Shown here: positions 27,591-37,900 of the stretch, in pieces | Numbering within the stretch: the first letter of the stretch is position 1 | Layout of the letters: every line of letters begins with the position of its first letter | Source: Candidatus Cybelea sp. | Lineage (GTDB): Bacteria > Vulcanimicrobiota > Vulcanimicrobiia > Vulcanimicrobiales > Vulcanimicrobiaceae | Reading direction: 5' to 3' | DNA length: 64,000 bases | NCBI GenBank assembly: GCA_049695635.1 | Contig: JBAVSO010000047.1 | Coordinates: 1,388-65,387, forward strand | Translations under genes and position numbers: made by a program | Notes under the pieces: generated by a model | Databases searched by the model: none | What the model was told of the DNA's origin: nothing | The model's input: the letters and a program-made list of their open reading frames with translations, nothing else

Positions 27591-28493
27591 GTGCGCATTC
27601 GCCGTAGCCTCATAGATCTTGACGATTTAACCGCCGAGGAGCTTGAGACGATCTTCGAACGCACCGCGCAGTTCGAGCTAACGCCTCCCGGCCCGTTGCT
27701 TGCGGGCAAAGCATGCGTGAACATGTTCTTCGAGGAGAGCACCCGCACGTTTACGTCGTTCAACCTCGCCGAGTTGCGACTCGGCGCCGATGTCGTCAAT
27801 CTCGCGCCGAAGAGTCTCAGCCTCGCCTCCAAAGGCGAGACGCTTGAAGATACGGCGCTCACCCTCGGGGCCCTCGGGATCAGCGTCGTGGTGGTGCGCC
27901 ATCACGAAGCCGGCTTTCCACAACGGGTGGCCTTGGCATTCGACGGGCACGTCATCAACGCGGGCGACGGCGTGCACGCGCATCCGACGCAGGCGCTGCT
28001 CGATATCTACACGATAATCGAGGAGTTCGGAGAGCTGAGCGAGCGCACGATCGCGATCGTCGGCGACGTCCTTCACAGCCGCGTTGCACACTCGACGATA
28101 CGCGGCCTATCGCGTCTCGGCGCCTCGGTCGTCTTGGTCGGGCCGGAATCGTTCCTGCCCAGCAGCTACGCCGGAAACCGGATTACGGTCGAACGAGATT
28201 TCGACGCGGCATTGCCGGACGTCGACGCAGTTGTTTTGCTGCGTATCCAGCGCGAACGCTTCGTCGAGACCCCGATCTCAGATCGCGAGTACGTCGAGCG
28301 CTACCGGCTCGACCATCGCCGCTTGGCGCGTCTTCGCAAAGATGCAATCGTCATGCACCCCGGCCCCTATAACCGCGGGGTGGAGCTCGACGATTCGGTG
28401 CTGGAGTTTGCCGGATGGCGATACGCACGTCAAGTTCTGCACGGTGTTGCCGTCCGGATGGCCGTTTTAGATCAGCTCGTCAACGCACGATGA
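27591..28493 (+). CDS. pyrB: Aspartate carbamoyltransferase catalytic subunit
   Basis: FFEESTRTFTSF (STRT carbamoyl-phosphate site) and HPTQALLD; about 300 aa. Confidence 0.92.
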   Translation: MRIRRSLIDLDDLTAEELETIFERTAQFELTPPGPLLAGKACVNMFFEESTRTFTSFNLAELRLGADVVNLAPKSLSLASKGETLEDTALTLGALGISVVVVRHHEAGFPQRVALAFDGHVINAGDGVHAHPTQALLDIYTIIEEFGELSERTIAIVGDVLHSRVAHSTIRGLSRLGASVVLVGPESFLPSSYAGNRITVERDFDAALPDVDAVVLLRIQRERFVETPISDREYVERYRLDHRRLARLRKDAIVMHPGPYNRGVELDDSVLEFAGWRYARQVLHGVAVRMAVLDQLVNAR

Positions 28494-29692
28494 GATCGAT
28501 CCTGATCAAGGGGGGGCGGATCGTCAACCCGGCGAGCGCGCTCGATTCGCTGCGCGATCTACGCTTACGTAACGGGCGGGTCGCCGAAATCGGCGAGCAT
28601 CTCGAACGTAGCGAGGAAGACGAGCTGCTCGATGCGAGCGGCGCCATCGTTGCGCCGGGATTCGTTGACATCCACGTACACTTACGTGAGCCCGGGTTTC
28701 CGGAGAAAGAAACGATTGAAACCGGGACGGAGGCCGCGGTCCGCGGCGGATTTACCGCAGTGGCCTGCATGCCGAATACGAGTCCCGCGCTCGACGATCC
28801 CGCGGTGGTCGTGGCGTTGATGGAGCAGATCGAGCGCCGCGCCCGCTGCCGCGTCTATCCGATCGGGGCAATTACGCTTGGTCGCATAGGCGCCGAGCCG
28901 GCCGACTTTGCGGCGCTTGCGAAGGCGGGCGCCGTCGCCTTCTCCGACGATGGTGATACGGTCGCCGACGAGCGGGTGATACGCTATGCGGCGCTGCAAG
29001 CGCGCGGTGTGCCGGCACCCTTTATCGAGCACTGCGAGCCGGAAGAGCCGATCGTCGCGCGAGACCTGCAAATCGCGCACGAGACAAAGAGAGCCTGGCA
29101 TCTCGCGCATCTCTCAACCGCCGGCGCGCTCGACGAGCTTCGCGCCGCTAGAGCCCGCGGCGCTCGCGTTACCTGCGAGGTCACGCCGCATCACTTGACC
29201 TTCACCAGCACGCTGGTTACGGAGCTTGGACCGGCCGCGTCCGTTCATCCACCGCTGCGCACCGACGCCGACATGCGAGCCCTTCGCCACGGCGTGCGCG
29301 ATGGCACGATCGATGCCTTTGCCAGCGATCACGCGCCCCATACCGAGGAGGAGAAGATCGGCAAATCGCAACGCGCCGCACCGGGGTTCTCGGGCTTGGA
29401 GATTGCGGTCGGCGCGTACGCCGCGGCACTTCCCGATTTGCCGCTGTTGCGCTTCGTCGAGCTGCTTTCAACGAACCCGGCGCGGATCGTCGGCGTCTGC
29501 GGCGGCAACTTGGCGATTGGAGAAGCGGCTGACGTGACGATCTTCGCGGACCAAGCGTGGACGGTCGATCCCGCCTCGTTCGCATCGAAGGGAAAATGCA
29601 CGCCCTTTGCGGGACGCCGGCTTCCGCGCCGAGTGCTGGCGACGATTGTCGGCGGTATCGTGCGCTATCGGGCGCCGGAGCGTGCGGCGTGA
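28490..29692 (+). CDS. pyrC: Dihydroorotase
   Basis: ATG 28490 overlaps the pyrB stop (ATGA). Metal-binding DIHVHLREPG and FASDHAPH. The track extension 28415-28489 lies inside pyrB. Confidence 0.9.
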   Translation: MRSILIKGGRIVNPASALDSLRDLRLRNGRVAEIGEHLERSEEDELLDASGAIVAPGFVDIHVHLREPGFPEKETIETGTEAAVRGGFTAVACMPNTSPALDDPAVVVALMEQIERRARCRVYPIGAITLGRIGAEPADFAALAKAGAVAFSDDGDTVADERVIRYAALQARGVPAPFIEHCEPEEPIVARDLQIAHETKRAWHLAHLSTAGALDELRAARARGARVTCEVTPHHLTFTSTLVTELGPAASVHPPLRTDADMRALRHGVRDGTIDAFASDHAPHTEEEKIGKSQRAAPGFSGLEIAVGAYAAALPDLPLLRFVELLSTNPARIVGVCGGNLAIGEAADVTIFADQAWTVDPASFASKGKCTPFAGRRLPRRVLATIVGGIVRYRAPERAA

Positions 29693-30780
29693 GGAGCGAT
29701 GCATCTCGCGCGGCCCTCTTTCTCGCTGACGGAAGCCGCTTCGACGGCCACGGGCTCGGCGTCGAGGGGATAGCACTCGGGGAAGCGGTCTTCTATACAG
29801 GCATGACCGGTTATGAAGAGGCGCTCACCGACCCGTCTTATGCTGGACAGATTCTGACGTTCACTTATCCGATGATCGGTAACTATGGCATCTCCGGAAG
29901 TGCCGCGCAGTACCGGCGAGCTTGCGTCGCCGGAACGGTCATCAAGCAGATCGCTTATCATCCGTCACATCACCTGGCCAAGAGCGATTTGCCTGCATGG
30001 CTCGACGGACAGGGCATTCCGGCACTGATCGGCGCCGATACCCGCGCAATCACTATTTCGCTGCGCGAGCACGGGACACTTTGGGCTGCGCTTGCGATCG
30101 GCGATCCCGCTCTGCGCGATGCGGAACGACGACTGAGCGAGTTCGTGCGCGGCGCGAACACCAAGGCGCTCGTTCCGAGCGTCGCCACGCGTGAATCGTT
30201 TACGATCGGGACCCACCGGGGGCGGCGCGTCGCGCTCATCGACTGCGGTGTGAAGCGCGCGATCATCGAGCAGCTCGAGGCGCTTGGCGCGCGAGTCGCA
30301 GTCGTGCCGTACGACGCGACCGAGGCCGAGCTGCTTGCATCCGATCCGCAGGCCATCGTAATTTCGCCGGGACCTGGAGACCCGACCGACTTAGCCGAGA
30401 CGATCGAGCTGCTTCGCAAGCTCGTCGGGCGTAAACCGCTCTACGGCATCTGTCTTGGCCACCAACTGCTCGCGCTAGCCTGCGGCGGACGTACGTATAA
30501 GCTCCCATACGGTCATCGCGGCGGCAACCAACCGGTGAAGGATCTGGTAGTGGGCGACGTCCTCATAACCGCGCACAATCACGGCTACGCTGTTGATGCC
30601 GCGTCGCTGCCCGCCCAGCTCGAAGCGACCATGACGAATCTCAACGACGGGACCAATGAAGGATTTCGTCATCGCACGCTCCCGATTGCGGGCGTGCAAT
30701 TTCACCCCGAAGCCTCCCCCGGCCCGTTCGATGCCCGCCGGATCTTCGCGCAATGGCTAGACGAGCTCCCGCCGGAGTAG
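29689..30780 (+). CDS. carA: Carbamoyl-phosphate synthase small (glutaminase) subunit
   Basis: GTG 29689 overlaps the pyrC stop (GTGA). GEAVFYTGMTGYEE and FTYPMIGNYG; class-I amidotransferase GICLGHQLL and HNHGYAV, VQFHPEA. Confidence 0.92.
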   Translation: MRSDASRAALFLADGSRFDGHGLGVEGIALGEAVFYTGMTGYEEALTDPSYAGQILTFTYPMIGNYGISGSAAQYRRACVAGTVIKQIAYHPSHHLAKSDLPAWLDGQGIPALIGADTRAITISLREHGTLWAALAIGDPALRDAERRLSEFVRGANTKALVPSVATRESFTIGTHRGRRVALIDCGVKRAIIEQLEALGARVAVVPYDATEAELLASDPQAIVISPGPGDPTDLAETIELLRKLVGRKPLYGICLGHQLLALACGGRTYKLPYGHRGGNQPVKDLVVGDVLITAHNHGYAVDAASLPAQLEATMTNLNDGTNEGFRHRTLPIAGVQFHPEASPGPFDARRIFAQWLDELPPE

Positions 30781-31649
30781 CGGCGGCGATCTGTCTCGTC
30801 GCAGCGACGTTCGCGGTGGCCGGCGCGCAATCGCTGCAGCGGCTAGCGGTGGAATCGTTCGTTCTCAGTTCGGATACGGCTTCACCGAGAGTCGGCACCC
30901 CTTTTCATTTGACGGTAACGCTGCGCGTACGCGAGCGCGTAGCTCGCATTGATAATCTCAATCTTCCGATTCTCGCGCAGCTCGAGCTGCTCGGCGACGA
31001 ACGCGAGACGGCGAGCGGTCCGCGCGGCACGCTCTATCGCGAGAGCATCACCGTCGTTGCACACGAAGGCGGCGCGCTCGCAATCGCGCCGGCGACGTTG
31101 CAAGCCATTGACGCGCGCGACGGCAAACCCAAGCAATGGTTTACAAACGAGCTTCGTCTGCGCGTCATCGGTGCTCCCGGGCAGCCGCTTGGCGGTGGCC
31201 CTGGCGCGCTGCTCGCCGCAACGCTGGCGGCACTGCGACTCTTTCTGTGGGTCAGCGTATTGGTGCTAGGTTTGGGCTGCGCGGCTGCCGTAGTAGTGCT
31301 GCTCTTCCGCCGCCGGCCGGTCGCAAGACCGGTGCCTGTACCGCCGCCGGCGCCGGTGCAGCGCACGCGGTCACGCCGCGAAGAGGCCGAGGCTGCACTC
31401 GTCGCCCTGCGCGCGCAGCAATCGCGCTCGACTGCCGTCGCGGTGCGCGCAGCCATTTGGCGCATGGCGGGTGCTTCGGACGGCGAAACGCTCAACGACG
31501 TGCTGCGACGAGCGGATCCCCACGATACGACGATGCGCGATCTCCTGACGGCGTTGGAGCGCAGCGCGTTCACGTATGACGGCGATCTGCACGCGGCGAT
31601 TGACGACACCTGCCGCGTGCTCGAACGCTACATCGGATCGGCGCCATGA
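30753..31649 (+). CDS. Membrane protein, BatD-like N-terminal ectodomain, one TM helix and a cytoplasmic tail
   Basis: The signal peptide (..ATFAVAGAQS) is followed by a beta-rich ectodomain, a TM helix (LFLWVSVLVLGLGCAAAVVVLLF) and a Pro/Arg-rich tail. It overlaps the carA end by 28 nt and is the first gene of a MoxR/DUF58/VWA set. The BatD call is tentative. Confidence 0.55.
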   Translation: MARRAPAGVAAAICLVAATFAVAGAQSLQRLAVESFVLSSDTASPRVGTPFHLTVTLRVRERVARIDNLNLPILAQLELLGDERETASGPRGTLYRESITVVAHEGGALAIAPATLQAIDARDGKPKQWFTNELRLRVIGAPGQPLGGGPGALLAATLAALRLFLWVSVLVLGLGCAAAVVVLLFRRRPVARPVPVPPPAPVQRTRSRREEAEAALVALRAQQSRSTAVAVRAAIWRMAGASDGETLNDVLRRADPHDTTMRDLLTALERSAFTYDGDLHAAIDDTCRVLERYIGSAP

Positions 31650-32620
31650 TCGTCCCGCGCGGCCTGACCGATCTACGCGACGCGCTTGGGCGAACGATCG
31701 TCGGACAGGAGAGCGTCGTCGAGGGGCTGTTGTTAGCCTTGCTCTGCAACGGACACGTCCTCCTCGAGGGACCGCCGGGCTTGGCAAAGACGCTGGCCTG
31801 CCGTTCTTTGGCAGCCGCGCTCGACGGTGAGTTCAAGCGGATTCAGTTCACGCCCGACCTGTTGCCCAGCGATATCGTGGGTACTCGGATCTTCGATCAG
31901 CGCGAGAGCGCCTTTGCCACGGTTTTGGGGCCAATCTTCGCTAACGTCGTGCTCGCAGACGAGATCAATCGCGCCCCGGCTAAGGTGCAGTCCGCCCTGC
32001 TGGAGGCAATGCAAGAGCGTCAAGTGACGATCGGTCCGCAATCGCACGGCCTGCCGGATCCGTTCGTCGTCATGGCGACGATGAATCCGCTCGATTCCGA
32101 AGGAACGTATGCACTCCCGATCGCCCAAATGGACCGCTTTCTCATGAAGGTCAACGTCGGTTATCCTTCGCGTGAGGAGGAGCTGCGAATCCTCGATCGT
32201 TTTGCGGTTGCCGACACGCAACCGGTGCGCGCCGTCGCGACGCTCCAAGACGTTCGCACCTGGCGCGCACAGGCGCACGACGTACATGTCGACGAGAAGC
32301 TGAAGCGCTACATCGTCGAGCTGGTTGCGACGAGCCGTCAAGCGGGGAACGTCATGGTGCGTTCGAACTCCGGCGCCGCGTTGCCCGCGGCCGAGCTGAT
32401 TGATTACGGCGCCAGCCCCCGCGCGACACTCGCGCTGACCTTCTTGGCGCGTGGCCGCGCGCTGTTGGCAGGGCGCGATTTCGCGCTCCCCGACGACGTC
32501 CGCGCGGTTGCGTCGCACGCGCTATGCCACCGTATCGGGTTCAACTATCGTCTCGCTACAGATGGCATCGCTGCGCAGCACGTGATCGACGCGCTGATTG
32601 CTGCGGTTCCGGCGCCATGA
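31646..32620 (+). CDS. MoxR-family AAA+ ATPase
   Basis: ATGA overlap with the upstream gene. Walker A GPPGLAKT, Walker B VLADEINRA, typical MoxR length and C-terminal lid. Confidence 0.9.
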   Translation: MIVPRGLTDLRDALGRTIVGQESVVEGLLLALLCNGHVLLEGPPGLAKTLACRSLAAALDGEFKRIQFTPDLLPSDIVGTRIFDQRESAFATVLGPIFANVVLADEINRAPAKVQSALLEAMQERQVTIGPQSHGLPDPFVVMATMNPLDSEGTYALPIAQMDRFLMKVNVGYPSREEELRILDRFAVADTQPVRAVATLQDVRTWRAQAHDVHVDEKLKRYIVELVATSRQAGNVMVRSNSGAALPAAELIDYGASPRATLALTFLARGRALLAGRDFALPDDVRAVASHALCHRIGFNYRLATDGIAAQHVIDALIAAVPAP

Positions 32621-33426
32621 CGCTTCGTGAGGCGTTGCTGCGTGCACGCCGGCGTCCCCGCCACTTCGGTGCCGGATCGCCAACCGTCTATCGAGGCGAC
32701 GGCTACGAGTTCGTCGAGCTGCGAGCGTACGTTCCCGGTGACGACGTCCGGCGGATAGACTGGGCCGCGACCGCGCGCTCCGGTGACCTTCAGACGCGCG
32801 TCGTGCTCGAGGACGTCGCGCTTACACTAGCTGCAATCGTAGATGAGTCGCGCTCTATGGCGGTCGGCCGCCGCCGGCCGCTGCTCGCAGCTGCCCGCGA
32901 GGCGCTCGAAAGTTGGTTCGGTGCGGCAGTCGGAGAAGACCGCTGCATTCGCGTTGACGCTGGGGGCGTGACGCCGCCGGCGCTCCAGCGCTACGCGCAT
33001 CGAGCCGCGGCGATCGGCGTTCGCAGTGCAGGGTTCGATCTACCGCGTGCACTGCGGACCGCGCGGGCTGCGCTTCCCCGCGGTACGGCGCTGCTGGCGA
33101 TCGGCGATTGGTACGATCTCGACGCGAAGCTCGACCGCGATCTTGCAGAGCTGGGCTCGCGATACGACTGCACGGCGCTGATCGCGCGCGATCCTTGGTA
33201 CGAAGGTTTACCGCTTGGCGGGATCGTTCGCATGCGCGGTACCGAGGGCGGAAACGTCCGGGCGTATGTCGGAGCGCGAGAGCGGGCGGCGTTTCACGAG
33301 GCCGTGCGCGAGCGTGAGACGGAGCTCGCCAGTCGCTTTGAGTCGGCGAATTGGCGTAGTGGGGTTCTCCGCGAAGAGGATGGTGCGCATTCGCTAGCTG
33401 CCGCGTTCGGATTGCGACACCCGTGA
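32617..33426 (+). CDS. DUF58 protein (MoxR partner)
   Basis: ATGA overlap with moxR. The family signature GDGYEFVELRAYVPGDDVRRIDW is present. Confidence 0.8.
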   Translation: MTLREALLRARRRPRHFGAGSPTVYRGDGYEFVELRAYVPGDDVRRIDWAATARSGDLQTRVVLEDVALTLAAIVDESRSMAVGRRRPLLAAAREALESWFGAAVGEDRCIRVDAGGVTPPALQRYAHRAAAIGVRSAGFDLPRALRTARAALPRGTALLAIGDWYDLDAKLDRDLAELGSRYDCTALIARDPWYEGLPLGGIVRMRGTEGGNVRAYVGARERAAFHEAVRERETELASRFESANWRSGVLREEDGAHSLAAAFGLRHP

Positions 33427-34343
33427 GCGTCGATCACCCGGCACGCCTAGCGCTCGGCATCGTTCTCGTGGCAGCCTTTGCCTTGCTTTACGCGCGGCTC
33501 GAGCGGCGCGCAACCGCTCGCGATCTTGCCTATTCAAACATCAAATTTTTCGTCGCGGCGGCCAAGCCGCGACGGTGGATACCGCGCGCGCTCCAAGCAC
33601 TCTGGATCCTCGCGCTTGCCGGCGTCGTGCTAGGCATCTCGGGCCCCCACTTGACCGTTCCGATCCCAGTGCGGGACGGTTCGGTCTTCATCTGCATCGA
33701 TACGTCGGGATCGATGGCATCAACCGACGTCTTTCCCACCCGCGCGCAGGCGGCAAAGGCTGCGGCGCAAGCCTTCATTACCGAAAGCCCGGCCGGGACG
33801 AAGATCGGCATCATTTCGTTTGCCGGCGCGGCCGGCGTCGTCGCGCCGCTTAGCGCGGACCATCAGTCGGTTATCGCGGCGCTCGATGACGTTCCGCAGC
33901 CAGACGGCGCTACTGCGATCGGCGACGCGCTCAAACTCGCCGTGCAAATGCTTCCGCCGACCGGTCACCGCGTCGTCGTGTTGATAACCGACGGCGTCAA
34001 CAACTCCGGTACGGACCCGATGGAGATCGCGCAGTACCTGGGCGCGCACCACGTTCCGGTTTACACTGTAGGCATCGGAACGCCCAACGGGGGAATCATT
34101 CCTGGGACAAACGAGGAGGCGACGATCGACGAAGAGGCGTTGCGTGGTTACGCGCAGGCGAGCGGGGGCGCGTACGCGCGAGCCGAGAACGCCACGCAGC
34201 TTCATGACGCGCTTGCGCGACTCGGGCGCGTTACCGCGCTCCAGCGCAAGCCGGTCGATGCATCGCTGGGCTTCGCGGCCGGCGGAGCGCTTGGAATGCT
34301 CGCTGCTTTTCTGGCCGGCTTTGGACTCGGCCGATACCCATGA
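33423..34343 (+). CDS. VWA-domain membrane protein (BatA-like)
   Basis: GTGA overlap with the upstream gene. N-terminal TM helices, MIDAS motif ICIDTSGSM and a C-terminal TM anchor. Confidence 0.85.
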   Translation: MSVDHPARLALGIVLVAAFALLYARLERRATARDLAYSNIKFFVAAAKPRRWIPRALQALWILALAGVVLGISGPHLTVPIPVRDGSVFICIDTSGSMASTDVFPTRAQAAKAAAQAFITESPAGTKIGIISFAGAAGVVAPLSADHQSVIAALDDVPQPDGATAIGDALKLAVQMLPPTGHRVVVLITDGVNNSGTDPMEIAQYLGAHHVPVYTVGIGTPNGGIIPGTNEEATIDEEALRGYAQASGGAYARAENATQLHDALARLGRVTALQRKPVDASLGFAAGGALGMLAAFLAGFGLGRYP

Positions 34344-34915
34344 GCGATCCGATCGAACTGCTCGCGCGTTGGATCGACGAGGCCGGCGGCCCGGATTCAC
34401 TCGACGCGATTGCCATGTGCTTGGCAACGGCCGACGCGATGGCGCGCCCTTCCGCGCGCATCGTGCTTCTGCGCGGACTCGATCAACGCGGCCTGCGGTT
34501 CTTCACGTCATACCAGAGCCGCAAAGGAGTGGAACTCGGCGCGAACCCGCACGCAGCTGCGGTACTCTACTGGCCACGACTTCAGCGACAGGTCCGCATC
34601 GAAGGCGGCGTTACTCAGCTTGCGGAGGATGAATCCGACGAGTACTTCAACGCGCGCCCGCGCGGCCACCAAATTGCGGCCTGGGCATCGGAGCAGAGCG
34701 CGCCGCTCGACGCCTATGTCACGCTCGAAGAGCGCTTCGCGCACTTCGATGCGCGCTTCGGAGGGGAAGAGGTCCCGCGCCCTCACTCCTGGGGCGGCTA
34801 CCTGCTCGAACCGTCGCGAATCGAGTTTTGGCAAGGGCGCCCGAACCGCATGCACGATCGCGTGGAGTACGCTCGAGTCGGCAGCATCTGGCAGTTTACG
34901 CGTCTCCAACCCTGA
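34340..34915 (+). CDS. pdxH: Pyridoxamine 5'-phosphate oxidase
   Basis: ATGA overlap with the upstream gene. LATADAMARPSARIVLLRG, SRKG, and C-terminal RIEFWQGRPNRMHDR. Confidence 0.88.
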   Translation: MSDPIELLARWIDEAGGPDSLDAIAMCLATADAMARPSARIVLLRGLDQRGLRFFTSYQSRKGVELGANPHAAAVLYWPRLQRQVRIEGGVTQLAEDESDEYFNARPRGHQIAAWASEQSAPLDAYVTLEERFAHFDARFGGEEVPRPHSWGGYLLEPSRIEFWQGRPNRMHDRVEYARVGSIWQFTRLQP

Positions 34916-34962
34916 GCCCCAAAGGGGAGCTCTAGCCAAAGAACTAATCAAGTCGCTCCAGC

Positions 34963-37900
34963 ATGCCCCGGCGCAGCGTGATGGTCATCGGATCTGGACC
35001 GATCGTAATCGGTCAGGCCGCGGAGTTCGATTACGCTGGAGTTCAAGCTTGCCGAGCGCTGCGCGAGGAAGGCCATCGCGTCGTCCTCGTGAATTCGAAC
35101 CCCGCCACGATCATGACCGACCCAGAGGTTGCCGATGCGGTCTACCTCGAGCCGCTCACGGTCGAGTCGGTCGAAGAAATCATCGCGCGCGAACGCCCCG
35201 ATGCACTTCTACCGACACTTGGGGGGCAGACCGGGCTCAATCTCGCGGTCGAACTCGAGGAGGCCGGCGTACTGCGCCGTTACGCCGTCGAGTCGCTCGG
35301 AACGCCGATCGAGACGATACGGCTTGCAGAAGACCGCGAACGCTTCAAGAACAAGATGCTCGAGATCGGCGAACCGGTGCCCGAGAGTGCGATCGTCACC
35401 GCCATCCACCAAGGCGTGGAATTCGCAAAGCAAATCGGCTATCCACTCGTCGTTCGCCCCGCGTACACCCTCGCCGGGACCGGCGGCGGAGTCGTCTACG
35501 ACGAAGCGCAACTACGCGCAACTCTCGATGCCGGACTAAACGCGAGCCTGATTCATCAGGCTCTTTTAGAAACGTCGCTCCTCGGTTGGAAAGAGATCGA
35601 ATACGAAGTGCTGCGCGACGGAGCAGGTAACTGCATCGTCGTCTGCAACATGGAAAACATCGATCCGGTCGGCGTGCACACCGGCGACTCGATCGTGGTC
35701 GCACCGTCGCAGACGCTTTCGGACCTGGAATACCAAATGCTGCGCAGCGCGAGCATCAACGTGATTCGCGCGCTCGACGTGCAGGGTGGCTGCAACATCC
35801 AGTTCGCACTCCATCCGGACCGCAGCGAATATGCCATCATCGAGGTCAATCCCCGCGTCTCGCGCAGTTCCGCGCTGGCTTCTAAAGCGACCGGTTACCC
35901 AATCGCGAAGATCGCGACGCGAATCGCGCTCGGGCAGCGGCTCGACGAAATCCCGAACCCCGTGACGGGCGTGACAAAGGCGGCCTACGAGCCGACGCTC
36001 GACTACGTGGTCGTGAAGATACCGCGCTGGCCATTCGACAAGTTTCCGATCGCCGACACGGCGCTCGGGACGCAAATGAAGTCGACCGGCGAGGCGATGG
36101 GCATCGGCCGAACCTTTCGCGCGGCATTGCTCAAGTCGGTGCGGGGACTCGATCTCAATCGCGAGACGCTAACCGGATGGCTCGTTGACTGGAGTGATGC
36201 GGAGCTGGAAGCGATAGTGGCGCGCCCAACGCACGAACGGCTCTTCGCGCTCTGCGAGCTTCTGCACCGGCACGGTATCGAAGATCGAACCAAGACCATC
36301 GAGCGCGTCCATTCACTCTCGGCCATCGATCGCTTCTGGCTCTACGAGCTTAGCGAGCTCGTTTCGCTCGAAGAGCGAATCCGCGCGGGGGCATCGGAAG
36401 CGGACCTTCACGACGCGCTCGAGTCGGGTTACTCGACGGCCGGTCTGGCGCGCCTCACGGATACGCCGGCGCGGCGTAACGGGCGGGCGCGCGTCGCGTC
36501 GTTCCGCATGGTTGACACGGCGGCAGCCGAGTTTCCGGCGAAATCGCCGTACTATTATTTGTCGAACGGCGAACTCGACGAGATGCGCAAGACGCCTCGA
36601 GATGCGGTCGTCGTCGTCGGCAGCGGTCCGATTCGAATCGGACAAGGAATTGAGTTCGACTACAGCTGCGTGCACGCCGCATGGGCACTGAAGGAGGCCG
36701 GCCGTTCTCCCGTTGTGATCAACAATAATCCCGAGACGGTTTCGACCGACTTCGACATCTCCGACGCGCTGATCTTCGAGCCGCCCGGCGCCGACGAGGT
36801 CGAGGCGACGTATCACGCAACGAAGGCGCTCGGCGTGATGCTGGCCTTTGGCGGACAGACCGCAATCAATCTTGCGGGGGAGCTGAGCCGGCGCGGCGTG
36901 CCGATCGTTGGCAGCGACCGCCGTTCGCTCGACATGGCCGAGAATCGCGAGCAGTTCGACGCGGCGCTTCACCGGCTAGGCGTCGCGCGGCCGGAAGGAA
37001 AGGCCGCCCGAAGCTTCCGCGAGGCTAGGGCGATCGCGCGCGAACTCGGTTTCCCGGTGCTGGTTCGGCCGTCGTTCGTTTTGGGCGGGCGCGCGATGGA
37101 AATCGTTTATAACGAAGCGCAGCTCGCCGCCTACGCCGAGTCGGCGCCCCCGATTCTTCCGGATGCGCCGCTGCTGGTAGACAAGTACCTGCGCGGCCTA
37201 GAGCTGGAAGTGGACGCCGCGTTCGACGGGGAGGATATCCTCATCCCGGGTATTTTCGAGCACGTCGAGCGTGCCGGCGTACACTCCGGCGATTCGATCG
37301 GCGTCTATCCCGTCCAATCCATCGAGCCGGCGATGGAGCTGCGAATCGCCGACGTCGCGCGCGCCGTCGCGGCGGAGCTGCGGATCCGCGGATTGATCAA
37401 CATTCAATTCGTCCTGCACGGCGGGAAACTGTACATAATCGAAGCGAATCCGCGAGCGAGCCGCACCGTTCCGATCATTCAAAAGGCGACGGGCGTCAAT
37501 CTCGTCGCCGCGGCGACACGCATCGGGCTCGGCGAGAAGTTGCGCGATATGGAATACGGCGTCGGGTCGATCGAGCACGTCCCGTACGTGGTCGTCAAGG
37601 TCCCGGTCTTTTCGTTCTCCAAAATGCGGGGTGTCGAGACGGTGCTCGGGCCTGAGATGAAGTCCACAGGCGAAGTGCTTGGAATCGACGAGACGTTCGG
37701 AGGCGCCCTTCGTAAGGGGTTCCTCGCGGCGGGCGTTCGGCTGCCCGGAACGGGCGGCCGCATTCTCGTCTCGATCGCCGATGAGGAGAAGATTGACTCG
37801 ATACCGGTGTTGCGGAGGTACGCCGAACTCGGGCACACGCTGGTCGCCACGCCCGGCACGCGCGCGGTACTCGAGGAAGCCGGTATTGCGAGCGAGCCGA

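Noticed and set aside
27040-27595. PyrR-binding attenuator at the head of the pyr operon
   Set aside because: pyrR overlaps the valS stop (ATGA), and only 11 nt separate pyrR from pyrB. There is no room for a leader hairpin, and I saw no ARUCCAGAGAGGYU-like loop nearby.
34410-35630. 406-aa alternative-frame ORF spanning pdxH and the start of carB
   Set aside because: Its composition is dominated by R/S/A/T runs (RRRSRLRRSATTRNSRCRTKREPD). It overlaps two well-supported genes in another frame.
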